Part shown: piece after piece, positions 17,422-26,663 of the stretch
Layout of the letters: every line of letters starts with the position of its first letter
How positions within the stretch are numbered: the stretch's first letter is position 1
DNA from: a virus
Strand: one strand, 5' to 3'
DNA: 64,000 nucleotides
Virus record (IMG/VR): IMGVR_UViG_3300026484_000053
Location: 64,001-128,000 of that record
Notes under the pieces: generated by a model
Database searches by the model: none
What the model saw: only the letters and a program-made list of their open reading frames with translations
Told to the model about the DNA's origin: nothing
Translations under genes and position numbers: made by a program

Positions 17422-17443
17422 ATTATAAAATAGGAAAGTAAAA

Positions 17444-17911
17444 ATGAGAAACTTAAGAAACTTCAGTACTACTAGTAACTACCAATTTGGTACGTCTTTA
17501 TTCGGTACAGAGACAACATACGCTATACAATCTGTTAACTTACCAGGTATATCATTTACTCATCCTGAAGTTTCTTCTGGTTCAGTACTTGGCCATATAC
17601 AAGGCGATACAGCACAGTACAATGAACTTGAGTTAAATTTTATTATAGACGAAAACCTGGAAGTATGGAAAGAGATTATTAATGGAATGATTAAGATGAG
17701 AAATACAGAAGGTCTTGGTCAGCAAGTGAATTGCAATTCATTTCTTAAAATATTAGATTCTAATAATAAGGAAATTCTTCACTTAGACTTCACAAACACA
17801 TTAATAAGCGTTATTAGCGACGTAGAATATTCTAGTACAGAAGAAGATGAAATAATAACTCTTCCTGTTACTATAACTTATGACTACTACAATATCAAGA
17901 ACACTAAGTAA
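17444..17911 (+). CDS. gp3: Tail completion/tube terminator protein gp3
   Basis: AIQSVNLPGISF, GDTAQYNELELNFIIDENLEVWKEI, F.YDYY gp3/gp19-family pattern. Confidence 0.8.
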   Translation: MRNLRNFSTTSNYQFGTSLFGTETTYAIQSVNLPGISFTHPEVSSGSVLGHIQGDTAQYNELELNFIIDENLEVWKEIINGMIKMRNTEGLGQQVNCNSFLKILDSNNKEILHLDFTNTLISVISDVEYSSTEEDEIITLPVTITYDYYNIKNTK

Positions 17912-17916
17912 CTTTA

Positions 17917-18543
17917 ATGCTTAGAAGACAACTACCACTACAACCAGACGGTTCAGTAAATAGATTCGACCTGCCAGAAGATTATACTGGTGGTGACGTT
18001 ACGATATTTGTTAATGGACAATTATTAGCTACAAGAGATATAGAAGATCACGTATACGGATTTGAAGTTAAACTAGATGACGAAGATAATGTTTATTTCC
18101 TAGAATTCTACACTGTACTTGAAGATGAAGAGCATCTATACGTTCTTTATGATGGTGAAGGTGACGGAAATTTCGCTGGAGAAGGTACAATCAGTGTTGA
18201 AGCAAATGTATGGCAACTTATAGCTCTTCCATTAGAAAACCAAGTATGGCTTGATGGTAAGATGCAGAAAAGTGATGAGCAAAGTACTATTAAGAATTGC
18301 GTCGTAGATCAACTAGAAGATGTATACGATAGACCAGCTGAAGAATTATTTAAAGTGGCTAATTGTGCTATAGGTGATGAGGGTGGACAATTAAGAAATT
18401 ATATACCTGGATTTACTAAAGATACTTCTGTACATAATTTCCCATTAGTATATATTGACGATAACGGTGATACAACTAGTAAGGAAATAGTAGGTTTTTG
18501 GATTAGATCCTTAGAAGAGTTTATTATAACTTGGAAAGTGTAA
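17917..18543 (+). CDS. Probable virion structural protein
   Basis: Acidic, beta-rich (DGSVNRFDLP...VTIFVNGQL); co-transcribed with gp3. Confidence 0.45.
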   Translation: MLRRQLPLQPDGSVNRFDLPEDYTGGDVTIFVNGQLLATRDIEDHVYGFEVKLDDEDNVYFLEFYTVLEDEEHLYVLYDGEGDGNFAGEGTISVEANVWQLIALPLENQVWLDGKMQKSDEQSTIKNCVVDQLEDVYDRPAEELFKVANCAIGDEGGQLRNYIPGFTKDTSVHNFPLVYIDDNGDTTSKEIVGFWIRSLEEFIITWKV

Positions 18544-18555
18544 CGCACTAGTACG

Positions 18556-18774
18556 TTATAACTTAACGTATATAACTACAAAATTATCCGTACTCCAATC
18601 AACACCTGAATCATCTATTATGGATATACTGTTATCCGTTATATCTAACTCATCTTGCATTAATGCAATCATTCCATTTAGTACTACGTCAACTTGTTCA
18701 GACGTGTCGATGTTTTCTTTAACAGTAATTGTCTTATTATCTTGATCTATACTTGGATTTTTATCTATTATCAT
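18556..18774 (-). CDS. Small hypothetical protein downstream of gp13
   Basis: 72-aa acidic beta-rich ORF (VVLNGM...VVIYV). Confidence 0.5.
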   Translation of the reverse strand: MIIDKNPSIDQDNKTITVKENIDTSEQVDVVLNGMIALMQDELDITDNSISIIDDSGVDWSTDNFVVIYVKL

Positions 18775-18786
18775 AACTACCTACAA

Positions 18787-19503
18787 CTACTTAACGTGTA
18801 TACCAAAAGGTTCTACGTTATTTTCTAATTCTTCATCAGTCTTCTCGATTATTGCTTCACCTTTAGCTTGCATATCACCGTAAGATATTTCTGATCCAGA
18901 TACAAGACTAGTACTATACTTACCAGTAACAGTAGCCCATTTAAAGAAAGCCTCTCCGATTGCTCTTTGTTTTATCCATACATTGTTATATATTAGATCT
19001 TCTTCTTGAGGCTCGTACTCTTTCGCTACTTCTAAAAGGATAGCACTATGTGTAGGTGTTTCTAACATAGTAAGTATTTTACTATTTGAGTTGAAGTCGT
19101 AATTAAGTTTCTTGTTAAATGTACTTTTAATGTTACTAAATTTAGCTAGCGTAGAACTCATACCTGCCATGTCAAAACTAGATGTAGTATCAAACATTAT
19201 TGATTTAGTATCAAGTACCATACCTTGAGGTATCTGCGCAAATAAAGAGCTTATAGCACTTGAACTTATACCAGTTATTTCCATTATATTATCTGGAAGT
19301 TTGTAAGTATATACGTTATTTTCTAACGTAACTATATGAGATCCTATAATTCTTCCATCGTAATGCCATTCTGAATACCTTTGTATTGTATCGTCTATGC
19401 AATCTGATAATTGCTCTTCTGTAAGTTCTACTCTTAGTGTAGGTGCACCTAAAGATCTTTTAATATACTCTATAAGCTTTTCTTTTGTGTTTATTCTAGC
19501 CAT
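18787..19503 (-). CDS. gp13: Neck protein gp13
   Basis: LIEYIKRSLGAPTLRVELTEEQLSDCIDD.IQRYSEWHYDG; NNVWIK...KW; G.EI.Y. Confidence 0.92.
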   Translation of the reverse strand: MARINTKEKLIEYIKRSLGAPTLRVELTEEQLSDCIDDTIQRYSEWHYDGRIIGSHIVTLENNVYTYKLPDNIMEITGISSSAISSLFAQIPQGMVLDTKSIMFDTTSSFDMAGMSSTLAKFSNIKSTFNKKLNYDFNSNSKILTMLETPTHSAILLEVAKEYEPQEEDLIYNNVWIKQRAIGEAFFKWATVTGKYSTSLVSGSEISYGDMQAKGEAIIEKTDEELENNVEPFGIHVK

Positions 19504-20260
19504 CTATATCTCCATTAGTTATTGTTGTACCGTTTTCATTAGCTTTTATAACACTCTCAAGTTCATTACCTGGAGTATCTAACGTCTCATCAAGTCCGTA
19601 ATCAGCACCTGTATTTGTACTATTTAACTTTATCTCAACTTCTTTAATTATAGATGAACTTCTAGTAGGTGGATATAAGTTACCTTGTAATGTAACTTCT
19701 ATACTTGCTGTTATTATTCTTACTTGAGCATCATCAAGATCTTCAGGTATTTCGATATCAGGATCTGATATCTTTACAATAACTGTAGTAGGTTCAAGAA
19801 GTTCATCTATTTCATTAATCTTTAATACTACACTTGGGTTAAATGAAGTAACTATTTGTTCTATTATTATAAGGCAATCTGTAAGTGATTTTGTAGCAAT
19901 ATTTAAACTGAAAGTAAAATCATAAGCACTAGCGTTATAATAAAAATCTACAAGTTCGTTAGATTTGTTATTTTTAACTACTCTAGATAATTTATTAGTA
20001 TTTCTTTCAGGAGCTTTACTCATAGACTCTAAACTAAGAGACATTCTAGGCATAATATTTGCTCTAACATTACCACTAAGAAGTGACTTCATATCGTTTT
20101 CTGAAATAGTATAGTTGTTTTCTCTAGTTCCGAATTTAATAGGCACCACGAGATCTTTAATTCTGTCGCCGTTCTCATATCTAGGAACAGAGATGTCGTT
20201 AAAAAGATCTAGAAGAGCTACTGTATAATTCTTAATACTTGAATGATAGTAGTATTCCAT
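19496..20260 (-). CDS. gp15: Tail sheath stabiliser/terminator gp15
   Basis: YYYHSSIKNYTVALLDLFNDI, VPIKFG, MPRMSLSL, IIEQI..F.P motifs. Confidence 0.9.
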   Translation of the reverse strand: MEYYYHSSIKNYTVALLDLFNDISVPRYENGDRIKDLVVPIKFGTRENNYTISENDMKSLLSGNVRANIMPRMSLSLESMSKAPERNTNKLSRVVKNNKSNELVDFYYNASAYDFTFSLNIATKSLTDCLIIIEQIVTSFNPSVVLKINEIDELLEPTTVIVKISDPDIEIPEDLDDAQVRIITASIEVTLQGNLYPPTRSSSIIKEVEIKLNSTNTGADYGLDETLDTPGNELESVIKANENGTTITNGDIDG

Positions 20261-20301
20261 GTATTTTCCTTACATTTGTATAACGACTAAAGTCGTTATA
20301 T

Positions 20302-20814
20302 CTATGATTTTACCCAATGAGAATATGCAAAAGTTACCTCTTGTTCAGTGATTTCATCAACGCTTGATGTGTCTAATGCTACTTCTGCAAGTTCAGTAGG
20401 GAATGCATTTTTGAAAGTATATACTTCAATTACTTCATTAGATGAAGTATCTAAAGGTTTAATTTCTAAGAATGACATATAGTCGTCATTCTGAGTAACA
20501 CTTCTTTCTCCAGTTTGTACTGAATCAATAATGTCCATCCAATCGATAATTACAGATCTAATATTTAAATTAGGTGTATTCCAGAAAGTCATGCTGTAAG
20601 TACCCTCAAATTGTGCTTCTCCAGCTAATGTCATTTTATGACCTTGGCTATGTACTTCTACTGATCCAATTGTTTTACTTGGTAGTGAAGCCACTTTACA
20701 AAGTGCTGATATAACATTACCATCAAGAGATGCTCCTTTAGGTGCAAATGATGCAACAAATTTATTTCCTCTATAACCTAAACCTAGGTTCTGTTTTAAT
20801 ACGTCTAAACTCAT
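20302..20814 (-). CDS. gp19: Tail tube protein gp19
   Basis: RGNKF, LCKVASLP, LAG...F..Y.MTF, Y.FKNAFPTEL.EV.LD, EVTFAYSHW. Confidence 0.85.
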   Translation of the reverse strand: MSLDVLKQNLGLGYRGNKFVASFAPKGASLDGNVISALCKVASLPSKTIGSVEVHSQGHKMTLAGEAQFEGTYSMTFWNTPNLNIRSVIIDWMDIIDSVQTGERSVTQNDDYMSFLEIKPLDTSSNEVIEVYTFKNAFPTELAEVALDTSSVDEITEQEVTFAYSHWVKS

Positions 20815-20836
20815 AGTTTAACTCCTGTTTTAGTTG

Positions 20837-20844
20837 TATTTATA
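20837..20844 (-). promoter_or_regulatory. T4-type late promoter
   Basis: TATAAATA on the minus strand upstream of gp19. Confidence 0.7.
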
Positions 20845-21307
20845 TACCTAACTCTTTTTCAGTAATTATAATAAAAGTAGCACCCATTGAAATTGCAAAT
20901 AATTTAGCTGCTTCCCATTTAGCTTGGTTTATAACGTATGTTTGTAAGGATTTTTGATAATTAAGATTAGATTTAGGAGTATCTTTTTTAGGCTTTTTAG
21001 GTGGATTACATTCTGTGCTTGGCTTTACTTCTACAAGAAATATCCTACCGTCTTCCATCTGTATAGTATAATCGATATAATACCTGTGCTTTTTACCGTC
21101 AACAGGACTTATATACGGTACAATCGTTCCTTCTGAATTTGCTTTTACTATATACGGATTATGAGAGCAAAATACGCAAAATTTATGTTCCCAAGAAGAC
21201 CTATATTTTATACCTGGTTCTTTCATATCAAAAGCCTCTGTTATAATCCACTTATCTTTTGCACTTTCAGGTGGAATATATATTCCTTGCTTGTATTTTC
21301 TGCCCAT
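20840..21307 (-). CDS. gp4: Head completion nuclease gp4
   Basis: YRSSWE, SE..IVPYISPVDGKKHRYY.D, LVEVKP, VINQAKWEAA, F.IITEKEL. Confidence 0.93.
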   Translation of the reverse strand: MGRKYKQGIYIPPESAKDKWIITEAFDMKEPGIKYRSSWEHKFCVFCSHNPYIVKANSEGTIVPYISPVDGKKHRYYIDYTIQMEDGRIFLVEVKPSTECNPPKKPKKDTPKSNLNYQKSLQTYVINQAKWEAAKLFAISMGATFIIITEKELGI

Positions 21308-21654
21308 TATTCTATCTCTATTGTCGCTTTGTCATATTTGAATAGCTGTTCTATTTCTTCTACTTCAGGTACGTCTTTATTAAGAGATTCGTTCCTTTTT
21401 AAAATTGTTTCTGATTCGTCTTTTATGAAAGACTGTATAGCACTATTTTTACTGATGCTTAGTTTATTAAATACAAGAGTTTTATCACTTAAGTGCGTAT
21501 CGTTTATTTCTCCAGCTATAATAAAATAATCTGAATAACATTGCACATATAAATCGTCACTATACAATTCGTCTTTCTTAAATATTTTAGATTTACCTTG
21601 CAATCTAAGAGTTATACCTTCATTATAAGCGTCTTTTAATTTGAACTTTTTCAT
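21307..21654 (-). CDS. Hypothetical protein
   Basis: 115-aa ORF with AAGG RBS, coupled to gp4. Confidence 0.6.
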   Translation of the reverse strand: MKKFKLKDAYNEGITLRLQGKSKIFKKDELYSDDLYVQCYSDYFIIAGEINDTHLSDKTLVFNKLSISKNSAIQSFIKDESETILKRNESLNKDVPEVEEIEQLFKYDKATIEIE

Positions 21655-21694
21655 TACTAACCTTTATATGCTATTAATAGCATTTATCTGTAAA

Positions 21695-21716
21695 TATTTA
21701 TAAATATTTATAAATA
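21695..21716. promoter_or_regulatory. Tandem/divergent late promoters (tatttataaa repeats)
   Basis: TATAAATA at 21699-21706 and 21709-21716 (+) and at 21695-21702 (-). Confidence 0.7.
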
Positions 21717-21752
21717 CAACTAAATACGTTAAACGTATCTAAAGGAAATAAA

Positions 21753-22631
21753 ATGAAAGTAAACGAAACTGAAGGCATAGATGTAATTAATCAAGCCGAA
21801 CTATTAGGTAAGTTAGACAAGATAGTTCAGAAAAAATCGATAGCATATAGATGTAGTGATATGCAACCTCTTCAAGGTGGTAATGGAGTTATCTCTGGTA
21901 TAACTTATGACGCTGTACAAGACAAATTAAAAGTATTAAGTACTAATATTGAAGCTAGTACTGAAAGAATTAGAGCAGCACTTACTTCAGAAAGTACTGA
22001 AGACCTGAAAGCTATCTATGGAGAAGATATTATAGATGTTTTAGCATATTACTTAGCAGACGAACTTGTATACAGAATTGATACTAGATATCTTCAAATG
22101 ATAAAAACGAGAGCTAAAGCTTCTAAAAATCTTGTATTTAGTTCAGATTATGCGTTAGAACTAAATACAGTAATTAAAACTATTGTTATGAGAGTAAGCA
22201 AGTCTTTAAATGATCTTGCATTTAGTGATAGAAGAGCAAGTGGAGCGTTCTGTGTAGTTAATTCAGATGTTGCTGCGTTACTTGGATTCGATGCTCAAGG
22301 TGGTATTGATGGCGACTGTTCTTACCTTGGAGAATTAAGTGGAATTTCATTTTTTATTGACTTCACTAACGATAATTCTGGTACTGATGCTTGCGTATGT
22401 GGTATTAAAGGAAATGGAATTAACAGAGGAAGTACTGTTATAAGTCATTATAGAGAAGATTGGGTTAGCACTGTGGATCATACTAATGGATCTAACATTG
22501 AATTTCTTGTTGATAGAACAGCAATGAGTATTAATCCATTAGATAACGAGTTTTGGTTAGAAGGTGACGGAGAAAGCGCTTTCTTAGTAAAATTCGATGT
22601 TGATTTAACTGATGTGCATGCAGCTGTATAA
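21753..22631 (+). CDS. Short capsid-protein paralogue (gp23/gp24 family, possible vertex protein)
   Basis: MQPL.G.NGVI, LAYYLADELVYRID...L, RRASGAFCVVNSDVAALL mirror the MCP in this window (QPL..PTG, EM.LEIDREVI, RRGKGNVLLVSSNV). Confidence 0.7.
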   Translation: MKVNETEGIDVINQAELLGKLDKIVQKKSIAYRCSDMQPLQGGNGVISGITYDAVQDKLKVLSTNIEASTERIRAALTSESTEDLKAIYGEDIIDVLAYYLADELVYRIDTRYLQMIKTRAKASKNLVFSSDYALELNTVIKTIVMRVSKSLNDLAFSDRRASGAFCVVNSDVAALLGFDAQGGIDGDCSYLGELSGISFFIDFTNDNSGTDACVCGIKGNGINRGSTVISHYREDWVSTVDHTNGSNIEFLVDRTAMSINPLDNEFWLEGDGESAFLVKFDVDLTDVHAAV

Positions 22632-22652
22632 CGCTGTGCACATTATGCGCAT

Positions 22653-22660
22653 TATAAATA
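22653..22660 (+). promoter_or_regulatory. T4-type late promoter for fibre module 1
   Basis: TATAAATA followed by an AGGAG RBS. Confidence 0.75.
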
Positions 22661-22680
22661 AAATAAAAAGAGGAGTTTAG

Positions 22681-25146
22681 ATGGCTGGTATTATAACAGA
22701 AAACGAAAATCTAGAATTTCATGCTAAAGGTGCTAATTCTAAAGTAGTTTTTAAAGAAAATGATGTTGAAATAAACGTAGCTAAAATAGAAGATGTACAA
22801 GCTGTTAAGACAGAACTTACATCTTACGTTTATAGCCAAGCTGCTAGTAACGTTATAGATATTAAAGGTGTTAGTACTTCTAACGTAGTTAAGACTAAGA
22901 ACCATGCTGTAGTTACTTATACTGGGAATGGCGACACGCAAACAATTGAAACTGGTATATCAAGTGTTGACTTTACTCAACCAAATAATGGAAGTGGCTT
23001 TTATAATAAAAGAGTTGCTGGAGGCTTTGCAGTTATTGCTGATGATGCTGTAGATTTGATAGATAGTACTAACGATACGAGTTCAGTGGATAACTGGACT
23101 GCTGTAAATGATGCTAATTTAAGTGTAAGTAATGGAGTGTTAAGTGTTAACGCTGATGATACTGATTATCCATACGCAAAAAGAACATTCACGCTAAATA
23201 AAGGTAGTTATGCTATAAGTTGCACTGCTGAAGGTACTGCACCAAAGTTAAAAGTAATGACAGATGACGATATAACAAGCATTACACCTTTAATTAGTGG
23301 TTCTATGTTATATATAATAAATGTGCCTAATGATGATACTAATTATGTAATTAGACTCGAATGCGGTACATCTGACGATGATGCTACAGCTACATTTAGT
23401 AACCTATCGATATTACCCGTAGCTGGTAATGGAAGTGGTAGTTGTGTTGCTAATACTAGTAATGTTCATTTTAAGAGTAGGAGTAGTGAAGGAAATAATC
23501 AAATATATGATGGGCTAAGAGGAGTTCATCGTAGAGTATTCTCAAACTTAACTAATGTTGAGTTCCACGATGACACAGACGATTTATCAGAATTTACTTT
23601 AAATGGTGTAGTTATAGAAGGTGCTCAAGTTGGTCAAAATGAATTAGACGAAACATATGTACTATACCAAACACTGTTCACTCATATCAAGTGGGGAATG
23701 ACTTCACATAATAAATTCTATGTAGAAGCATACAATCCTGTTACTAAAGAAGGTACGATACTTTATAGTGGTTCAGCTAGTGCTGGTCATCAAGTTCCTC
23801 ATAGTGCTGGGGTTGAGTTGGGTTATACTGTTGTTAAGAACCTAGTAAGTGCTTCACAATGGCGAGTCAGCATCAAAGGTATAGCAGAAAATGGAAAGAA
23901 GATGCTCTTGAATACGGATAGTGCTAAGGTCTCTACTGGGTACTATTCAAATATAACAAGCACAAGTATTAATGGAGTTCAAACAAGCGATAACTACATG
24001 TTATATTACAAGTGTAAATCAGAAACATGGACAATAGGTACTTATATTGGTACAGGTAGTACCGGTAATAAGATTATTACTACTGATGTTAATGGTAAAG
24101 AAGTTAAGTTAAGAGATGTTGTTATTAAGAGGATTGATGATGTTGGTGATTGGGGAGTCTATAATAGTGAAACCTTAGTTAGGTTAGAGCTTAACACACC
24201 AGACAAAGAGGCAACTGATGGATATAGAGCTATACTGTTAGATTATGGTTTTGTTTTAAACACTTCAGCTGCAATAGTTAACGCACTAAACGGGCAATAC
24301 CTATATATGGGATATATCGACACAAATGCTACAACAACGCCTGATGATTCATATTATATGAAACCAACTCATAGTACAGACCCATTAGCGATAAGTACAA
24401 CTACTTTAAATAGTGACGTTTCTATAAGCGTATCTAAAGACGCTCTTGGTTACAAAAATGTTCTTAAGAATTTCAATCAAGTAATAGACGCATCTCAATT
24501 AGAAGATGGTAAGTACTACGTAGGTATTAAAGAAGACGGTACTAATATGTTCGTTAAAAACAAACCGATGTACAGAGATTATGAAGCTCAATTTGCTCAA
24601 GACAGCAGATATGTTCTTAAAGAAGGTAAATGGTACCTTGCAGAGACTGCTGAGTTACTTATTAATGGTACATTTAAAGATGGTACTACTAATGGATGGA
24701 GTGCTGTTAATGCTGAAATAAGTGTTGAAAATGGTATGTTAAAAGTAGATGATAGTGCTGACTCTGGTAGTTGGAGTAGTGCTAGGACTAATATTTTATT
24801 AGAAATCGGTAAAAGGTATTCTATTTCTATAGGTAATTTTTCTTCAAACGCCACTGACGTTACTAATAAAGTACATATTAGTATTTACAGTGGGTACAAT
24901 TGTGGATTAATGGCTACGGGGGATGTATACTATCACCATAACGGAACATCTTACGCAGAGTTCGTAGCCACTGCCAGCGAAAACACACTCTCTGTCGGAA
25001 TTCACCATGAGGATATTGCATACTTCGACAATATAAGCATATACAAAACACAACCAACATTAGGAACAACACCTGAAGCTATTACATGGTTATCTAAACC
25101 AGTTCAAGTTGCTAACGGAATAATACAAGACTTACCAAGTTCATAA
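22681..25146 (+). CDS. Tail fibre/receptor-binding protein 1
   Basis: Beta-rich; repeated YTG.G / Y.GTG domains and carbohydrate-binding-module-like segments; paralogue of 26664 and 40667. Confidence 0.7.
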   Translation: MAGIITENENLEFHAKGANSKVVFKENDVEINVAKIEDVQAVKTELTSYVYSQAASNVIDIKGVSTSNVVKTKNHAVVTYTGNGDTQTIETGISSVDFTQPNNGSGFYNKRVAGGFAVIADDAVDLIDSTNDTSSVDNWTAVNDANLSVSNGVLSVNADDTDYPYAKRTFTLNKGSYAISCTAEGTAPKLKVMTDDDITSITPLISGSMLYIINVPNDDTNYVIRLECGTSDDDATATFSNLSILPVAGNGSGSCVANTSNVHFKSRSSEGNNQIYDGLRGVHRRVFSNLTNVEFHDDTDDLSEFTLNGVVIEGAQVGQNELDETYVLYQTLFTHIKWGMTSHNKFYVEAYNPVTKEGTILYSGSASAGHQVPHSAGVELGYTVVKNLVSASQWRVSIKGIAENGKKMLLNTDSAKVSTGYYSNITSTSINGVQTSDNYMLYYKCKSETWTIGTYIGTGSTGNKIITTDVNGKEVKLRDVVIKRIDDVGDWGVYNSETLVRLELNTPDKEATDGYRAILLDYGFVLNTSAAIVNALNGQYLYMGYIDTNATTTPDDSYYMKPTHSTDPLAISTTTLNSDVSISVSKDALGYKNVLKNFNQVIDASQLEDGKYYVGIKEDGTNMFVKNKPMYRDYEAQFAQDSRYVLKEGKWYLAETAELLINGTFKDGTTNGWSAVNAEISVENGMLKVDDSADSGSWSSARTNILLEIGKRYSISIGNFSSNATDVTNKVHISIYSGYNCGLMATGDVYYHHNGTSYAEFVATASENTLSVGIHHEDIAYFDNISIYKTQPTLGTTPEAITWLSKPVQVANGIIQDLPSS

Positions 25147-25155
25147 GGAGAAATA

Positions 25156-25659
25156 ATGATACGTAAAGAAAGAGAAGAAATCCTTGAGAATGTTCAAGGC
25201 GGTACAGAGTTTACAGGAGCCATTGTAGCTCCTGAGATGGAATGCGACACAATGATAATGAAAGATAGACCTATGTTCTTTGCTGGTAGAAATGCTGGAC
25301 ATATAGATACAGATATTATTATAGACTTTAACGATGTTCAAATAGATACACATAATGCTTACAAAGGTGGTATTTGGGTTTGTCCTAAGGACGGGGTTTA
25401 TAGTATTGAATTATTATTTTCAGTAATACTGCAAGAAGGGGTTATAGAAATACAAATACGTTATCCTCGTTCAAGACATTTATTGCAATTAAATGATGAT
25501 ACCTCTAATGGAATAAGATGTATATCATACGCTAAAACCATTAAATTTAAAGAAGGCGATACTTGGTATGTTAAATCAAATAACACAGATGATAATGAGT
25601 ACATTTATGGTAGTAGCTCGAATTATACAAACCTATCAATAAGCTACCTAGGAGCATAA
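25156..25659 (+). CDS. Stand-alone C1q/TNF-like fibre-tip domain 1
   Basis: RPMFFAG...IIDFNDV..D..NAY.GG.W.CP.DGVY...LSISYL is a C1q-type jelly-roll signature. Confidence 0.7.
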   Translation: MIRKEREEILENVQGGTEFTGAIVAPEMECDTMIMKDRPMFFAGRNAGHIDTDIIIDFNDVQIDTHNAYKGGIWVCPKDGVYSIELLFSVILQEGVIEIQIRYPRSRHLLQLNDDTSNGIRCISYAKTIKFKEGDTWYVKSNNTDDNEYIYGSSSNYTNLSISYLGA

Positions 25660-25660
25660 A

Positions 25661-26110
25661 ATGATAATACAAAACAAAGACAATAAAATAACAATAATTT
25701 CTGAAACAGCTACAGAGTTACTTCCCATACACAAAGAACTAGGTTACGAACTTATGCCTAAACCTGATTTCGATGTAAGAACTAAGTTACATTTAGTTGA
25801 TGGCGTTCTTAAAGAAGATACTCAAGAAGTTCAAAGATTAGATCAAGCCGCTACGCACAAAGAACAAAAAGCTCAAAAACTTAAAGCTCTTAAAGAACTT
25901 ACAGTTACTACAGAAGCAGGTAATACATTTGATGCTGACGACCAGTCAAGAGCCAACATGAATGAAGCTATTACGGCAGCTGCAGTACTTGGATTAACAG
26001 AAAGTCCTTGGAAACTACATGATAACTCAGTAGTAACTATAAGCGTAGATGAGATTAAAGAGGCACTTGCACTAGGAATAGTAGAAAAGGGTGCTATCGT
26101 ACTAGGTTAA
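25661..26110 (+). CDS. Tail fibre assembly/chaperone protein (DUF4376-like C-terminus)
   Basis: FDADDQSRANM...WKLHDNSVV.I...E..EAL pattern; follows the fibre genes. Confidence 0.7.
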   Translation: MIIQNKDNKITIISETATELLPIHKELGYELMPKPDFDVRTKLHLVDGVLKEDTQEVQRLDQAATHKEQKAQKLKALKELTVTTEAGNTFDADDQSRANMNEAITAAAVLGLTESPWKLHDNSVVTISVDEIKEALALGIVEKGAIVLG

Positions 26111-26114
26111 AGTT

Positions 26115-26624
26115 ATGCACGAACTAGAGTCTAACGAGTATATTGTTAGAGTACCTGTAAAGGTACTCATGTATAAGGGTACTTCTAAAGACAATCCTAA
26201 GAGTACTATAACGGACAAATCAATTTCTTGGTGGACTAACTCAATGTACAGCCATTGCGAGATTGTAGTTAACCGTACTCATATTACAGTAGCACCTGAA
26301 ACTGGTATAGTAATAGACGACGCAATACCAGAAGATAAAACGCCCAAAGTGTGGGATATTATCGAACTATCGTATGAGGTTACGCAAAAACAATACCTGG
26401 ATTGTATGCAGTTCATTCATTCTCTTGAAGACGCAGAATACGATTGGAAAGGAATACTACTATGCCAGTTCTTGAAGATAGGTCTTGATAGAACTGACAA
26501 GTGGTACTGTTCTGAACTTGTAAGCAAGATATTACAGATACTCGGAGAAGAGAAAATGTATTATATAGAACCTCATAGAATTAATCCAGGTGACGTGTCA
26601 GAAATACTTACTGGTATGAGATAA
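26115..26624 (+). CDS. Permuted papain-like (YiiX/NlpC-P60-type) amidase
   Basis: YSHCEIV (His) precedes YDWKGIL...WYCSELV (Cys), the permuted catalytic order. Confidence 0.8.
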   Translation: MHELESNEYIVRVPVKVLMYKGTSKDNPKSTITDKSISWWTNSMYSHCEIVVNRTHITVAPETGIVIDDAIPEDKTPKVWDIIELSYEVTQKQYLDCMQFIHSLEDAEYDWKGILLCQFLKIGLDRTDKWYCSELVSKILQILGEEKMYYIEPHRINPGDVSEILTGMR

Positions 26625-26633
26625 CACGCTCAG

Positions 26634-26641
26634 TATAAATA
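26634..26641 (+). promoter_or_regulatory. T4-type late promoter for fibre module 2
   Basis: TATAAATA followed by an AGGAG RBS. Confidence 0.75.
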
Positions 26642-26663
26642 AAATCAAAACATAGGAGATTAC

